Shown here: in pieces, positions 16,778 through 26,400 of the stretch | Numbering within the stretch: position 1 is the stretch's first letter | How the letters are laid out: each line of letters opens with the position of its first letter | Source of the DNA: a virus | Taxonomy: Duplodnaviria > Caudoviricetes | Direction: 5' to 3' (one strand) | IMG/VR virus record: IMGVR_UViG_3300049988_000286 | Span: 256,001-320,000 of that record | DNA: 64,000 nucleotides | Notes under the pieces: generated by a model | Databases searched by the model: none | The model's input: the letters and a program-made list of their open reading frames with translations, nothing else | What the model was told of the DNA's origin: nothing | Translations under genes and position numbers: made by a program

Positions 16778-17142
16778 ACATCGAGGCGGCGCTTGAGCGG
16801 TATTGGGAAGCCGCGCGTCCTCACCCTGCGGTCAACGAAGCTTTGGTGAAGAGAATAATGCGCTTGAGTGCGGGCAATCCTTATCAGGAGCGCCGCGCTT
16901 ATGTAGGACGCTCGATATGGCACCACGATCTTCGCACCCTGCATATGCAATGGTGGTATCGCGACGATTGGACCACGGGAGAGCGAATACAATTTCGACG
17001 TTTCAACATCGTGCTTCATTGCGCGCACCGGCTAGTGGTCATCAATCGAAATTATCGCGCGTGTTGGCCATCAGATATCACGGGTGAGTATCGGCTCGTT
17101 TTCGGTGATGAGCACAGTCTGACCATGGCGTCGCTGCTATGA
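16774..17142 (+). CDS. GDEH-LTLA array paralog
   Basis: RFNIVLHCAHRLVVIN...LVFGDEHSLTMASLL*. Confidence 0.7.
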   Translation: MNIEAALERYWEAARPHPAVNEALVKRIMRLSAGNPYQERRAYVGRSIWHHDLRTLHMQWWYRDDWTTGERIQFRRFNIVLHCAHRLVVINRNYRACWPSDITGEYRLVFGDEHSLTMASLL

Positions 17143-17390
17143 AGGTGACACAGGAATTGATACAGAAGTTTGTGACTACTTGCACCAAGGATCACAAACG
17201 GGGCATTTGGGGAATGCGAACCTTCCGACAAGGAGCAAGCACGACCTTCCTTATCCACCAGAGCCCCCGCCGTTGGGCGCGGTATGTCATACGCTTTAAC
17301 GATGAACGACTTGTCGTTGAGTTTCGCGACGAGGAGTTCCACGTTCGCAGTGGCGGGGAAGATGTAGTCGTGCTAGCACACTTGGTCTAG
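17139..17390 (+). CDS. GDEH-LTLA array paralog (divergent)
   Basis: RYVIRFNDERLVVEF...VRSGGEDVVVLAHLV*. Confidence 0.7.
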   Translation: MKVTQELIQKFVTTCTKDHKRGIWGMRTFRQGASTTFLIHQSPRRWARYVIRFNDERLVVEFRDEEFHVRSGGEDVVVLAHLV

Positions 17391-17399
17391 GAGACTGCG

Positions 17400-17804
17400 A
17401 TGAACCCCGCCAACACTGATCCGACCGTCACCAAAGCCATCGAGGCGCTCGGTGATCCATACGCCACCTTGATGCTCCGCATGTTGGAGGGATGGGTGGT
17501 CGATTGGAACAAAACCAGCGACAAGGATACGCGCTCTTCCTTCCTCGCGGTCACAGGCGGAAACCAAGTTCATGCCGCGATCCTCGATCTCATGGGTCAC
17601 TGGGGCAACGATCTCGCCTCCATCGCGGAAGAGGCCTATGGTCTGCGGATCGTCAATGAAGCCGGGATCGAACTGATGGGCAGCGACACGAGCCGCTACG
17701 TCGCTACCGGCGAGCACATCCATGTCGAGCTTGTCCCCGTGGGTGAGCAAGCGTATTTCGAACGTCGTGGCTGGGCTTGGCCAGCGGAACAGGAAGATCA
17801 GTGA
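17400..17804 (+). CDS. Hypothetical protein
   Basis: 134-aa ORF with an SD-like GGAG upstream. Confidence 0.65.
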   Translation: MNPANTDPTVTKAIEALGDPYATLMLRMLEGWVVDWNKTSDKDTRSSFLAVTGGNQVHAAILDLMGHWGNDLASIAEEAYGLRIVNEAGIELMGSDTSRYVATGEHIHVELVPVGEQAYFERRGWAWPAEQEDQ

Positions 17805-18388
17805 TGCTCAACAGTTTCTATCGCTCGCTCGTGCCCGTCTCGCTGCCCTTCCGGGGGCGGGATCGCTACATGCATGGCTTCGACCTTGCCGCGCCCCGGA
17901 TGGCGGAAGGTTTCGAGGACTACCTCGAACCCGTGACTGCATTGTGCCGCGCCGCCGGGGCGTTGGTGGGTAAGGCCTATATGACGGTGGACGAGAAGAT
18001 CGTTCAGCCGGGCCGTAGCCAGCGGCGACCGGGACCGCATGTCGATGGCCAGTTTCTGCCAGAGAGCGCGTCGTGGGGCCACGATGGCGGCGGCGGTTGG
18101 AACCACATCTGCAACAACGTCCCGATGGCGAGGATGCCGGTCATTGTCGCGGCATCGGCGGTAGGATGCCGGGTGTGGGATGGCGACTTCGATGCTCAAC
18201 CAGCCCCTGATGGCGATCTCTCCCATATCGTTGATCGCCTCGGAGAGGGTGAGATCGTTCCGGCGGGGATGGGCTATCTCCTGTCGCCGGATTGTGTCCA
18301 TGAGAGCATGGTGTTCGAGGCTCCGACGCAGCGTAGCTTCCTCCGCATCGCGCTACCGATCGCGTTTGGCGAGGCGATGCGGCGCTGA
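17804..18388 (+). CDS. Possible 2OG-Fe(II) oxygenase/cupin-like protein
   Basis: RRPGPHVDG (HxD), distal CVHES, then RSFLRI, consistent with an HxD...H...R triad. Confidence 0.45.
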   Translation: MLNSFYRSLVPVSLPFRGRDRYMHGFDLAAPRMAEGFEDYLEPVTALCRAAGALVGKAYMTVDEKIVQPGRSQRRPGPHVDGQFLPESASWGHDGGGGWNHICNNVPMARMPVIVAASAVGCRVWDGDFDAQPAPDGDLSHIVDRLGEGEIVPAGMGYLLSPDCVHESMVFEAPTQRSFLRIALPIAFGEAMRR

Positions 18389-18831
18389 TGGACTGGCGCG
18401 CCTTCAGGGATGAGCGACCGCAGGGGAGTGGCACGGTGCTGCTCTCCACTGCGTCGGGGTGGACTCGACTGGCGTCAGCCAACGCGATCCCCGATGATGG
18501 CGTGTTGGACGGCATCGTTTTCGTGCACTTCTGTTACATCGATCACCCCTATTCGATCCCTGACGAGCACGACTTCTCCTCCATCTGTCTTCTCAATGAT
18601 GGCGCAGCAGATGACAAGGTGCTCGCGCTGCGGGAAACCTTGGCACCAATGGGGCTAGCGGAAACGTGGTTAGAGTTCATCGCCGAGGGGAGGCTCTTTC
18701 TCGGTCAAGCGAGAAGCACCGAGACTTGGATGTGCAGCAACGATTTCGTTCTCGTTGCAAAGACCGATAGTGAACTCACGCTTGCCGTCATCGTAATCGG
18801 TAATCCCGCGACTGCTATCAACGATGCGTGA
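18388..18831 (+). CDS. Hypothetical protein
   Basis: 147-aa ORF coupled by TGATG. Confidence 0.6.
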   Translation: MDWRAFRDERPQGSGTVLLSTASGWTRLASANAIPDDGVLDGIVFVHFCYIDHPYSIPDEHDFSSICLLNDGAADDKVLALRETLAPMGLAETWLEFIAEGRLFLGQARSTETWMCSNDFVLVAKTDSELTLAVIVIGNPATAINDA

Positions 18832-19138
18832 TCTGCGTTTTCGCATCCGCCTCGTCGATATGGACGTGCCGATGGAGCGTGAGCGGTGCAGCGATCGATT
18901 TCTTGCGCGCGAGTTGTTTGACCGAACGGCGTTGAGTGCTTTCTTGCAAGAAACGCGTTCATCGTATTTCTTGTCGCAAGTCGTGAGTAGCAACTTCACG
19001 CCCTCGTATAACATCGGTGGGGGTGTTGTTCAGCTTAACACAGCGTTGATCATCTATGCGATCTTCATCGCCAAGGTCACTGATGTCAACGAGGTGCTAT
19101 TGCGCCTTGATGAATATGAAGGCGTGACTTGGTTGTGA
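18824..19138 (+). CDS. Hypothetical protein
   Basis: 104-aa ORF in the same run. Confidence 0.55.
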   Translation: MRDLRFRIRLVDMDVPMERERCSDRFLARELFDRTALSAFLQETRSSYFLSQVVSSNFTPSYNIGGGVVQLNTALIIYAIFIAKVTDVNEVLLRLDEYEGVTWL

Positions 19139-19392
19139 ACATAGTGATAGAGATCACTGGTACTTACTGTGATGTTGCGGCCAGTCTTGCAGCGTTGAGG
19201 CGATCGGGCATACCGTTCATCGACTACCGGCGCGTGGGCTCGCGAGCCATCGTCGAGGACTTTGAAAAATATGCATCATTGGCAAGTTGGACAGTCGAGG
19301 TTCGCTACACGATTCGTGAGCGGGATTTTGATCTAGCCCGTCTTGCGTGCACCGCCACCACGAGAATCAGTGAGCCGTGGCCAATTGAATGA
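19129..19392 (+). CDS. G(I/L)PF-family small protein
   Basis: NIVIEITG...RRSGIPFIDY...IRERDFDLARL. Confidence 0.65.
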   Translation: MVVNIVIEITGTYCDVAASLAALRRSGIPFIDYRRVGSRAIVEDFEKYASLASWTVEVRYTIRERDFDLARLACTATTRISEPWPIE

Positions 19393-19646
19393 ATATCACC
19401 ATCTCGCTGATCGGTAACTCCAAGAGTATAGGCGGATCGATGAAGTCGTTCCGGCGCGCCGGTATTCCCTTCCTCTACTTTTCAAACCTTAATCGGACAG
19501 ATGTGCCAAGATATGTCGTTGGTTCGCGCACGCTCATTCGTAAATGGTCGAAGCGAAACCTTGTGAACCGCTACGAGTGCCGGGTAATGATCAGGGAGCG
19601 TGATTACGCTGTCGCCGTCTTGGCTGCAAAGTCATATACTAGGTAA
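19389..19646 (+). CDS. G(I/L)PF-family small protein
   Basis: NITISLIG...RRAGIPFLYF...IRERDYAVAVL. Confidence 0.65.
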   Translation: MNITISLIGNSKSIGGSMKSFRRAGIPFLYFSNLNRTDVPRYVVGSRTLIRKWSKRNLVNRYECRVMIRERDYAVAVLAAKSYTR

Positions 19647-20718
19647 TGATCTGAATCATCTCTGGCGGGATTGTGCCCTGATATGCGATCTGGGCGAAGT
19701 CAGAGAGGGAGTGCCGCCAGTCGCGCGGATCAGCGGGAGTGCCCGCGCGAGCCATCTTCCCCATGTAATCGTCATCGGCGAACAGGTGCTTGAACTCGCG
19801 TCGCGGTAGAACGATCTGGAGAATGACGGGCTCGATCTTGTCCGCGTGTCCGCGCAGCTTCTCGATGATCTCTTTGGCTCGTGTGGCCTTCTCCAGTTTG
19901 TCCTGCCACTTCGCCCGCTCTTTGTCGGTCTTCGCATACGGGATGCTGTTGCGCGCAAAGCCCTCGTTCCCACGGGCGGTAGCCCAGCCGTGGTAGGACA
20001 GGCGGCGGCGATCAACCTGTGTGGCCTTCCGGGCGTAATAGTCGGCTTGGTTGCGACTGGCGGTTAGGTAAATGCAGTCGGCGCGATGATCGGGGGAGTT
20101 CTTGTCTTTGTTCCAGACCCGCTGACTCGCCGACAAGGGAGCAAGGCCTTCCTCCATGATCACCTTCGCGCGAGCATTCGAGGTGCCGTGGTAGAGGATA
20201 AGGCGGCTGGGTGTCTGCGCGGTGTTGAGGATCGCGGAAACTGACCCCATGAGATCACCGTCCTCGTCCCGACGAGCCCAATTGCCGACAAAGACGGGAG
20301 TGCGGGCATTGACGATATCGAGGTCGAGCAACCGGGCCACGATGGTGCGGATATCCTCGGAATAGCGATTGCGATTACCGTTCCAAGACGGGCCTTCGCG
20401 CCACAACCCGATCTGCACACCCTTGGGGGTAAAGCGGATCATCAAGGTGTCGTCCTGCACGCTGGTGTCCATCTCGCGTCGAACCATCTGCATGACGCCC
20501 TCGCCCTGACCGGGATCGTCGTGGGTGCTCCACGGAATGCGATTCTCCTTGCCGTGATTGAAGCTTCCGCCGGGATAGGCGAAGATGATCGCGCCGTGAT
20601 CCTTGGTGAGGACGACGTGCGTCTCCTGATTGGGAGTCTTGCCGGTGCGGAGATCAATGACGCGGTTGCTGCCCGGATGATCCAGCATCACGCGCTCAAA
20701 GAGTTGTTGTAGTAGCAT
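19639..20718 (-). CDS. Late protein with an ADP-ribosyltransferase-fold domain (HGT class); probable internal head protein
   Basis: LYHGTS...IMEEGL...IYLTASRNQADYYA...VILQI...GTIPPEMI; leader MLLQQLFE; TAAATA (20728-20723) lies 4 nt before the ATG. Confidence 0.65.
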   Translation of the reverse strand: MLLQQLFERVMLDHPGSNRVIDLRTGKTPNQETHVVLTKDHGAIIFAYPGGSFNHGKENRIPWSTHDDPGQGEGVMQMVRREMDTSVQDDTLMIRFTPKGVQIGLWREGPSWNGNRNRYSEDIRTIVARLLDLDIVNARTPVFVGNWARRDEDGDLMGSVSAILNTAQTPSRLILYHGTSNARAKVIMEEGLAPLSASQRVWNKDKNSPDHRADCIYLTASRNQADYYARKATQVDRRRLSYHGWATARGNEGFARNSIPYAKTDKERAKWQDKLEKATRAKEIIEKLRGHADKIEPVILQIVLPRREFKHLFADDDYMGKMARAGTPADPRDWRHSLSDFAQIAYQGTIPPEMIQIIT

Positions 20719-20764
20719 CGCTTATTTATTGCGAACTATCACGCAGTTAGAGCATGGTCCCTGC

Positions 20765-20938
20765 ATGAAGACTGATAAAGAACTCATCGAGGAGTATCTC
20801 GCCGCCGGTGGCACTGTCACCCGCCTCCCTTCCACCCGCGTCAATCGCGATGACCTTATCCCCAAGGCGACCAAGGATCAGCAAATCCTTGACGACCTCA
20901 TCCGGCGCGCCGGGGTGGATGATGTCCTCGGAGGCTAA
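20765..20938 (+). CDS. Small phage protein (EYLAAGGTVTRLP type)
   Basis: MKTDKELIEEYLAAGGTVTRLPS, a motif I recall as common in large-phage small proteins. Confidence 0.55.
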   Translation: MKTDKELIEEYLAAGGTVTRLPSTRVNRDDLIPKATKDQQILDDLIRRAGVDDVLGG

Positions 20939-21176
20939 TGCATGGCGGGCCAGCATCGCGTGGGCGAAGATGACCACCACGGCATGGGACTTGGAACAGA
21001 TGCGCGCCCGGCTTGACCGGGAAGGCCCGCCCCTCCATCCCACCGCGAAGGAACAAGCAGCGATCGAGATTCTGGCGAGGGGATTGGTGTGAACTGCTCT
21101 CTCCGAGGAACTACCAGCGTCCGCCTTTACTTCGGATAATATCGCAACCTTGGTATCGTTGTGATATTCATATTGG

Positions 21177-21184
21177 TATAAATA
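21177..21184 (+). promoter_or_regulatory. T4 gp55-type late promoter TATAAATA
   Basis: Exact T4 late consensus at the head of the structural run. Confidence 0.75.
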
Positions 21185-21199
21185 TCGCAATGGAGAATA

Positions 21200-21475
21200 G
21201 TGGTGAATAGTAGCAATGGTGCAGCGGGTCATTTTGAACCCGAGGTCACTCACACGTTCCTGCCCGGTTGTCGGGAGTGTGGTGGCTCGCATCCTTTGGC
21301 CCGCAAGCCCCAGCAGTCGCCTGATCGCTGCCCCGATTGCGGTGCCCCCGCTGGAAAGATCGGGCCGACGATCCGCGAAGGCGCGGTGCTGTCGGGATAT
21401 TCCCCCGCTGCTCTGTTCAGCCGTGCCACGCTCGCAATCGGTGCAGCGTTGACCAACCTTTCGAAGAGGATTTAA
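21200..21475 (+). CDS. Zn-ribbon protein
   Basis: CRECG...CPDCG. Confidence 0.6.
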   Translation: MVNSSNGAAGHFEPEVTHTFLPGCRECGGSHPLARKPQQSPDRCPDCGAPAGKIGPTIREGAVLSGYSPAALFSRATLAIGAALTNLSKRI

Positions 21476-21479
21476 CCAA

Positions 21480-21713
21480 ATGATGCAGATCAAGTACACG
21501 GTCTCGTCGTGCACCGAGAACGAAGTGGCCGTCAAGGCAACTGTTGCCGGGCGCGAAGTCGAGGCAAAGATTCCCGGACTCGTCGTCGAACTCATGTCAG
21601 AGGATGGCGGCATGGGCCACACCTATCGCCTCACCCCCGATGACTTCGAAGCCGCCAAGGACTTCTTCACCATTGGCGAAGATGTCATCCTCACGTTCAG
21701 CAAGCCCGAGTAA
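21480..21713 (+). CDS. Small late hypothetical protein
   Basis: 77-aa acidic ORF with strong codon bias. Confidence 0.65.
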   Translation: MMQIKYTVSSCTENEVAVKATVAGREVEAKIPGLVVELMSEDGGMGHTYRLTPDDFEAAKDFFTIGEDVILTFSKPE

Positions 21714-21722
21714 AGGAGCCAA

Positions 21723-22190
21723 ATGCCCGCTATTGCCCGTCCCCTTCCCCAGCCCACCACCGGTGACCGTATCGCGGATGCGATCCGGGGTGGCCTCGTC
21801 TCGCTCGCCACGGTATTCACCAACGCGGGCACCTCGATCGTGACCAACCGGATCATTCAGGCCGGTACCGCGCCCAAGAACATCGGCTGGGGCACCGGCA
21901 CCACCGCCGCCGCCGTCACTGATACCGCGCTCGTCACCGAAGCCGCCCCCACCACTGGTGGTGGTCGCACGGTTGGCACGGAGTCGCGCACGACGATCAC
22001 CGTCACTAACGACAACTATCAGGTTGTCGGCACCGTGACCGCCGTGTCGTCGCTCGCCATCACCGAAGCGGGCCTGTTCGATGCAGTGTCGGGCGGAAAT
22101 CTCCTGATCCGCTCGCAGTTTGCGGCGATCAACGTCTCGGCTGGCGATTCCATTGCCTTCACAGTTGGTCTGCGTTTCGTCGCTTCGTAA
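21723..22190 (+). CDS. Virion structural protein (Gly/Thr/Ala-rich beta protein)
   Basis: IGWGTGTTAAAVTDTAL...ITEAGLFDA...DSIAFT, a pattern typical of tail/baseplate-associated structural proteins; SD AAGGAG. Confidence 0.65.
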   Translation: MPAIARPLPQPTTGDRIADAIRGGLVSLATVFTNAGTSIVTNRIIQAGTAPKNIGWGTGTTAAAVTDTALVTEAAPTTGGGRTVGTESRTTITVTNDNYQVVGTVTAVSSLAITEAGLFDAVSGGNLLIRSQFAAINVSAGDSIAFTVGLRFVAS

Positions 22191-22217
22191 AGACTAGCAC
22201 TCGGGTTTATGAAAGCG

Positions 22218-22248
22218 AAGGGTCGGTCTCCACCGGCCCTTTTCTTTT
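22218..22248 (+). terminator. Intrinsic terminator
   Basis: AAGGGTCGG-tctcca-CCGGCCCTT followed by a T-rich tract. Confidence 0.75.
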
Positions 22249-22293
22249 GCTCTAAATAGACGACACGGCGTAGATCAAGTATCTTGGAGACAA

Positions 22294-23448
22294 ATGAGTA
22301 AGCTCGCAAATCGCGTCAAAGTAGGCATCACCTCAACGGGCACGGGAACACTCTCGCTCGCCACTACCGCTGACACCGGATACCAGACATTCGCCGCCGC
22401 CGGTATCGTCGCCGGTGATATCGTCTCCTACGTCATCGAAGACGGCACCGCGTGGGAAGTCGGAACCGGCACCTATAGTTCCACCCCAACGCTGACCCGC
22501 ACCGTGATCAATAGCAGCAACGCCAACGCTGCTATCGCTGCCACCGCTACGGCCAAAGTCTTCATCACCCCCAACGTGGCGGACTTCGACAGCCCGGAGA
22601 TACGATCGAGCGTCGCCACTGCACCACAGGCTAACGCGGTCAAGCTTTATCGCAAGGACTTCGGCGGTCGGCAGATGATCGGTGTGGTCGATGCCTCCGG
22701 CCTCGACTGGACTGTGCAGCCCCACATCCATCGCAATCCTATCTCCCTCTGTGTGCCCGCCGGTGCGGCATCTACTACGTGGTCAACAGTAGGGATCGCT
22801 GCGCCCGTGACGGCAGGAAGCGCGACGGCGAGACTTCCCTCCGCCACGAACCTGTTCACTCGCGCTAGACGCATCGGCTACACTACTTCCACTACAGCAG
22901 GTACTCTCGCCTATCTGCTGTTCGGCTCACCAACTTGGACGATCGGCGACGGAGCGAACACGGGCGGGTTCCACCTTCATATGCGTTTTGGTCAAGCGGA
23001 CGGCACCGTGCAATCGGGGAGCCGTTTCTTTGCGGGTATCTCGTCCAATACTGCTACTCCAACTAACGTGGAACCCAATACGCTTACGCAGACGATTGGC
23101 ATTGCGAAACTCGCGTCCACTACCAACTATTACATCGTTTACGGGGGCTCAACAGCACAGACAGCAATAGACCTCGGATCGAGTTTTTCCGCCGCCACTA
23201 CCTCCGCCGACATGATCGACCTTCAAATCTACTCCTCTCCGATGGTGGCCAACACCGTCTACTATCGGGTGGAAAAAATAGGGACCACCTCAACCGTCGT
23301 GACGGGCACGTTGACAGCAGCCACCGCAGGGACGCAGCTACCCGGATCGTCAACGTTCCTTGTGCCCCGAATTTGGAAGACCAACAACGCTACTGCGGCG
23401 GTTGTTGGCTTCGATGTGATGGGCGTTTTGGTCGAAGCAGACAATTGA
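22294..23448 (+). CDS. Tail fibre/receptor-binding-like protein
   Basis: N-terminal LANRVKV..TSTGTGTL...YVIEDGTAWEVGTGTY...TLTRTV..SSN anchor module; beta-rich C-terminal domain; TAAATA 22253-22258 upstream. Confidence 0.7.
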   Translation: MSKLANRVKVGITSTGTGTLSLATTADTGYQTFAAAGIVAGDIVSYVIEDGTAWEVGTGTYSSTPTLTRTVINSSNANAAIAATATAKVFITPNVADFDSPEIRSSVATAPQANAVKLYRKDFGGRQMIGVVDASGLDWTVQPHIHRNPISLCVPAGAASTTWSTVGIAAPVTAGSATARLPSATNLFTRARRIGYTTSTTAGTLAYLLFGSPTWTIGDGANTGGFHLHMRFGQADGTVQSGSRFFAGISSNTATPTNVEPNTLTQTIGIAKLASTTNYYIVYGGSTAQTAIDLGSSFSAATTSADMIDLQIYSSPMVANTVYYRVEKIGTTSTVVTGTLTAATAGTQLPGSSTFLVPRIWKTNNATAAVVGFDVMGVLVEADN

Positions 23449-23455
23449 TCCTTAG

Positions 23456-26400
23456 ATGGTCGGCTTCAATCCTCTTGGTGGATCGCCGCTAGCTGATCCA
23501 CCCAGTATCGCGGCACCGGTAGTCACGCCGGTGTCGTGCCTTGCCGCGACCGCTCCCGCCGACAGTTTCACGATGAGCACTGCCCCGGTTCTGCGCGGGA
23601 TTGCCGCCGCAGCCAAATCGTTTTTCAACCGAGTGGGCAAACTCATCCCGCAGTCCTCGGCTGTCGTTGCGACAGCGTTCGATCGCAACAACCGCTCGAT
23701 CACGGCAACCACCGCCCCGGCTGACAGCATGAACCTGCGGACCAGCCGCACTGTGGTGACGCCGGTTAGCGCATCGACGCTCCTCGCGTCGGCGAAATCC
23801 TTCTCGATCAAAACGCAAAATGCCGCCTCGGTGCTCGTCGCTGCCACACGCGCAAACCTGCGTTCCATTCGCACCAGCATCTCTTCGTTGACGCAAGTCT
23901 CTTCGCCAACCACTCGTTCCCGTTCACTACCCACCAGCGCGACACCGAGTGCGACGCTCATCCCATCGAACCGCTTGAACCGCGCCCTTCTCGTTTCCAC
24001 GACAGCGGCTCGATCACTCTCGTTGGCGATCATGTCGCGGATAATGACGAGCAGCGCTCCGCTTGGAAGAGCCAGCGACACGACCTCGCGAACCATCCCG
24101 GTGCTCGTCGGCGCGCAAGCCACCAATCGTTTCCTGTCGGTCCGTCGCCTCAACGCCTTGGTGGGAAACATCGCCGTGTTGGTGAGCAGCGCGCGCAAGA
24201 CGATCAACACGTCGGTTTCCAGCATAGCGATTGATTTGGGGAGCGTCCGTAAGTCAATCGTTACTATGGTCACGCTTGTTCCTACCAGCATGGACACTAT
24301 CCGCAAGTCGATCATCGCCACGGGGATGAGCGTGGCTTCCGATATCATCAATGTGCGCAAGACGATCAACACAGCAGTAGTCGCGTTTGCATCCGAGTTC
24401 ACGCGCAACCTTCGCACGTTATTGGTCCCATCCACCCCGATGGCGGTGATGTTCACGCGTCAGCAATTACTCCGCAGTGTGTTCGTGACAACGACCCCCA
24501 CGAGGACTTGGTTGAACCGGACGAACAAGGGCGCGCAAGCAGCGGTGTCGTTGGATGAGCCACCGATGGTCATTCTCGGCATCCCCATGGGGGGCAGCAA
24601 GGGCGCGACCATGACCATGCGCTACATGAAGGGCTTGCAGATCGTCGCCACCGCGACATCGACGATCATCGAGCGTTTCAGTCTTGTTCGTGCCCTCAAT
24701 GCGGCGAGCACACCTCTGACCCGCAGCATGGACGTTCTGGCACGAAGCATTACTGTCGAGGTCGCGGCGGCGGCGAGGAACATCGCGAGGGTGCCGCGAA
24801 CCATCGTTGCAACGACCCAGCCACGCATGATTTGGTTCGCCACCATCGCGACGACCCTGCGCGCCACTGTCTCTCCGGTGCCCCGCCAGACCATCTCTGA
24901 TCGCGCCACGATGCTGGCGCGCGCCCAGACCATCTCGACTTCGAGCACGATCGCACAGCGCTTCCGCACCTTGCTGGCATTGGCACAACCCCTCGCCCGT
25001 GTTCGCACGGTCGCTGGGGTGTCGTTCAAGACAGCGGTGATGAGTGCCGCGAGCGTGACGGGATTGTCGCGTCGATTTGTTTCGATCACATCTACGACCA
25101 CGGCTGCCCCGGTGCTGAAAACAATCGCTGCGCGCTTCGTAGCGCTGATGGCGATGGTCACTGGTTCATCATCGCAGACACGATCGAACATGCGGTATCT
25201 CGCGGCTATGTCGGGCTCGGTGAGTTCCGCCACGCGGGCGATCGTGGACAGCATCACCCAAACCGTTGGCGTGAGCGCGGCGATGAGCCGATCGATCACC
25301 GACCGCATCATCGCTGCGACCGTGCCCCTAGCAATATCTCGTGCCACCACTGTCGTGCAGGAAAGTGCCACCGCGAGCGTGATCAACCGCGTTGATGTTC
25401 TACCCGGCCATGCCTTCTACACTTCCGTGTTGTCCTCTGCTGTGCAGATGAGCCGCGTTGGTAAATTGATTCGGGGCGATGCCTTGGGGGCGGGCACGAT
25501 ACTCCGCTCGATTACAGCAAGAATGATCGCGGTCGCGCCCGGTAGTGCGCGTGTCGTTGTGGAACTCGCCCGTGCGCTGCGCGCTGTCACCACCACGATC
25601 GCAACGATGTCGCGGCGAGTCCCCATGTCGTTTGGTGTTGCGGCCCCGGTATGGGTGATGACGCGCGTCAATGCCGTCGTTGCCCTTGCCGCAACGGTGC
25701 GTCCGCTACCCCTCACAGTGCGCTCGATCATCGAACGATACACCGCCACGGTGGGCACCATCACCGCCACCACGATGCGCACCACCGCCAAACGCGCCGC
25801 CGTTGTGGGCACCAGCACGCGCAACACGGTCCGGACCACGGCTGTTCGCCGCGTCGCGACGACGGCGCTTTCGAGGATGAGGTTCAACGTTCGACCCATC
25901 CTCCGGGGTGCAGTTGCAGCATCGAGCACACTCTTGCGCGCCGTCGCCGCAAGGGTCATCGCCGCCTCTGTGGCAAATGCCCGCCTCGCTTCCATGATCG
26001 CCCTGACGGCTCGACAGAACGCCGCGCTCGCCGCTTCTTTGGCCATCACATCGCTGCGATCGTTGATGGCCAGCACCTCAACGGTCACGAGCCGTAGTGA
26101 AATGGATGGCCACGATATCCGGGCCAGCGCGCCTGTGGTGGCCTCATCGACGCGCCTCCGCGCCTCGTCGATACTGGCGAGTGTCTCGCCGCTAGTGAGC
26201 CGCACGATCCAGACCATGAACCGCATCAGCACCATGATGCTCCCGATCGCCGATGCGATCAGGTCCACCGCGCGAACGACCCTCGCCGACACCATCTCCG
26301 TCCCGGTATCTCGGATAGTGCGCGACCTCACTACGGCTACCGTGGTGCGTGGCAATGCTGCGACGCGAGCGGCTTCCGATCTCGTTATAGCGGTTCGGGC

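Noticed and set aside
12283-17390. DGR, integron or CRISPR interpretation of the paralog array
   Set aside because: No reverse transcriptase, template/variable repeat pair, integrase, attC-like palindromes or constant-length repeat-spacer units are present in the window.
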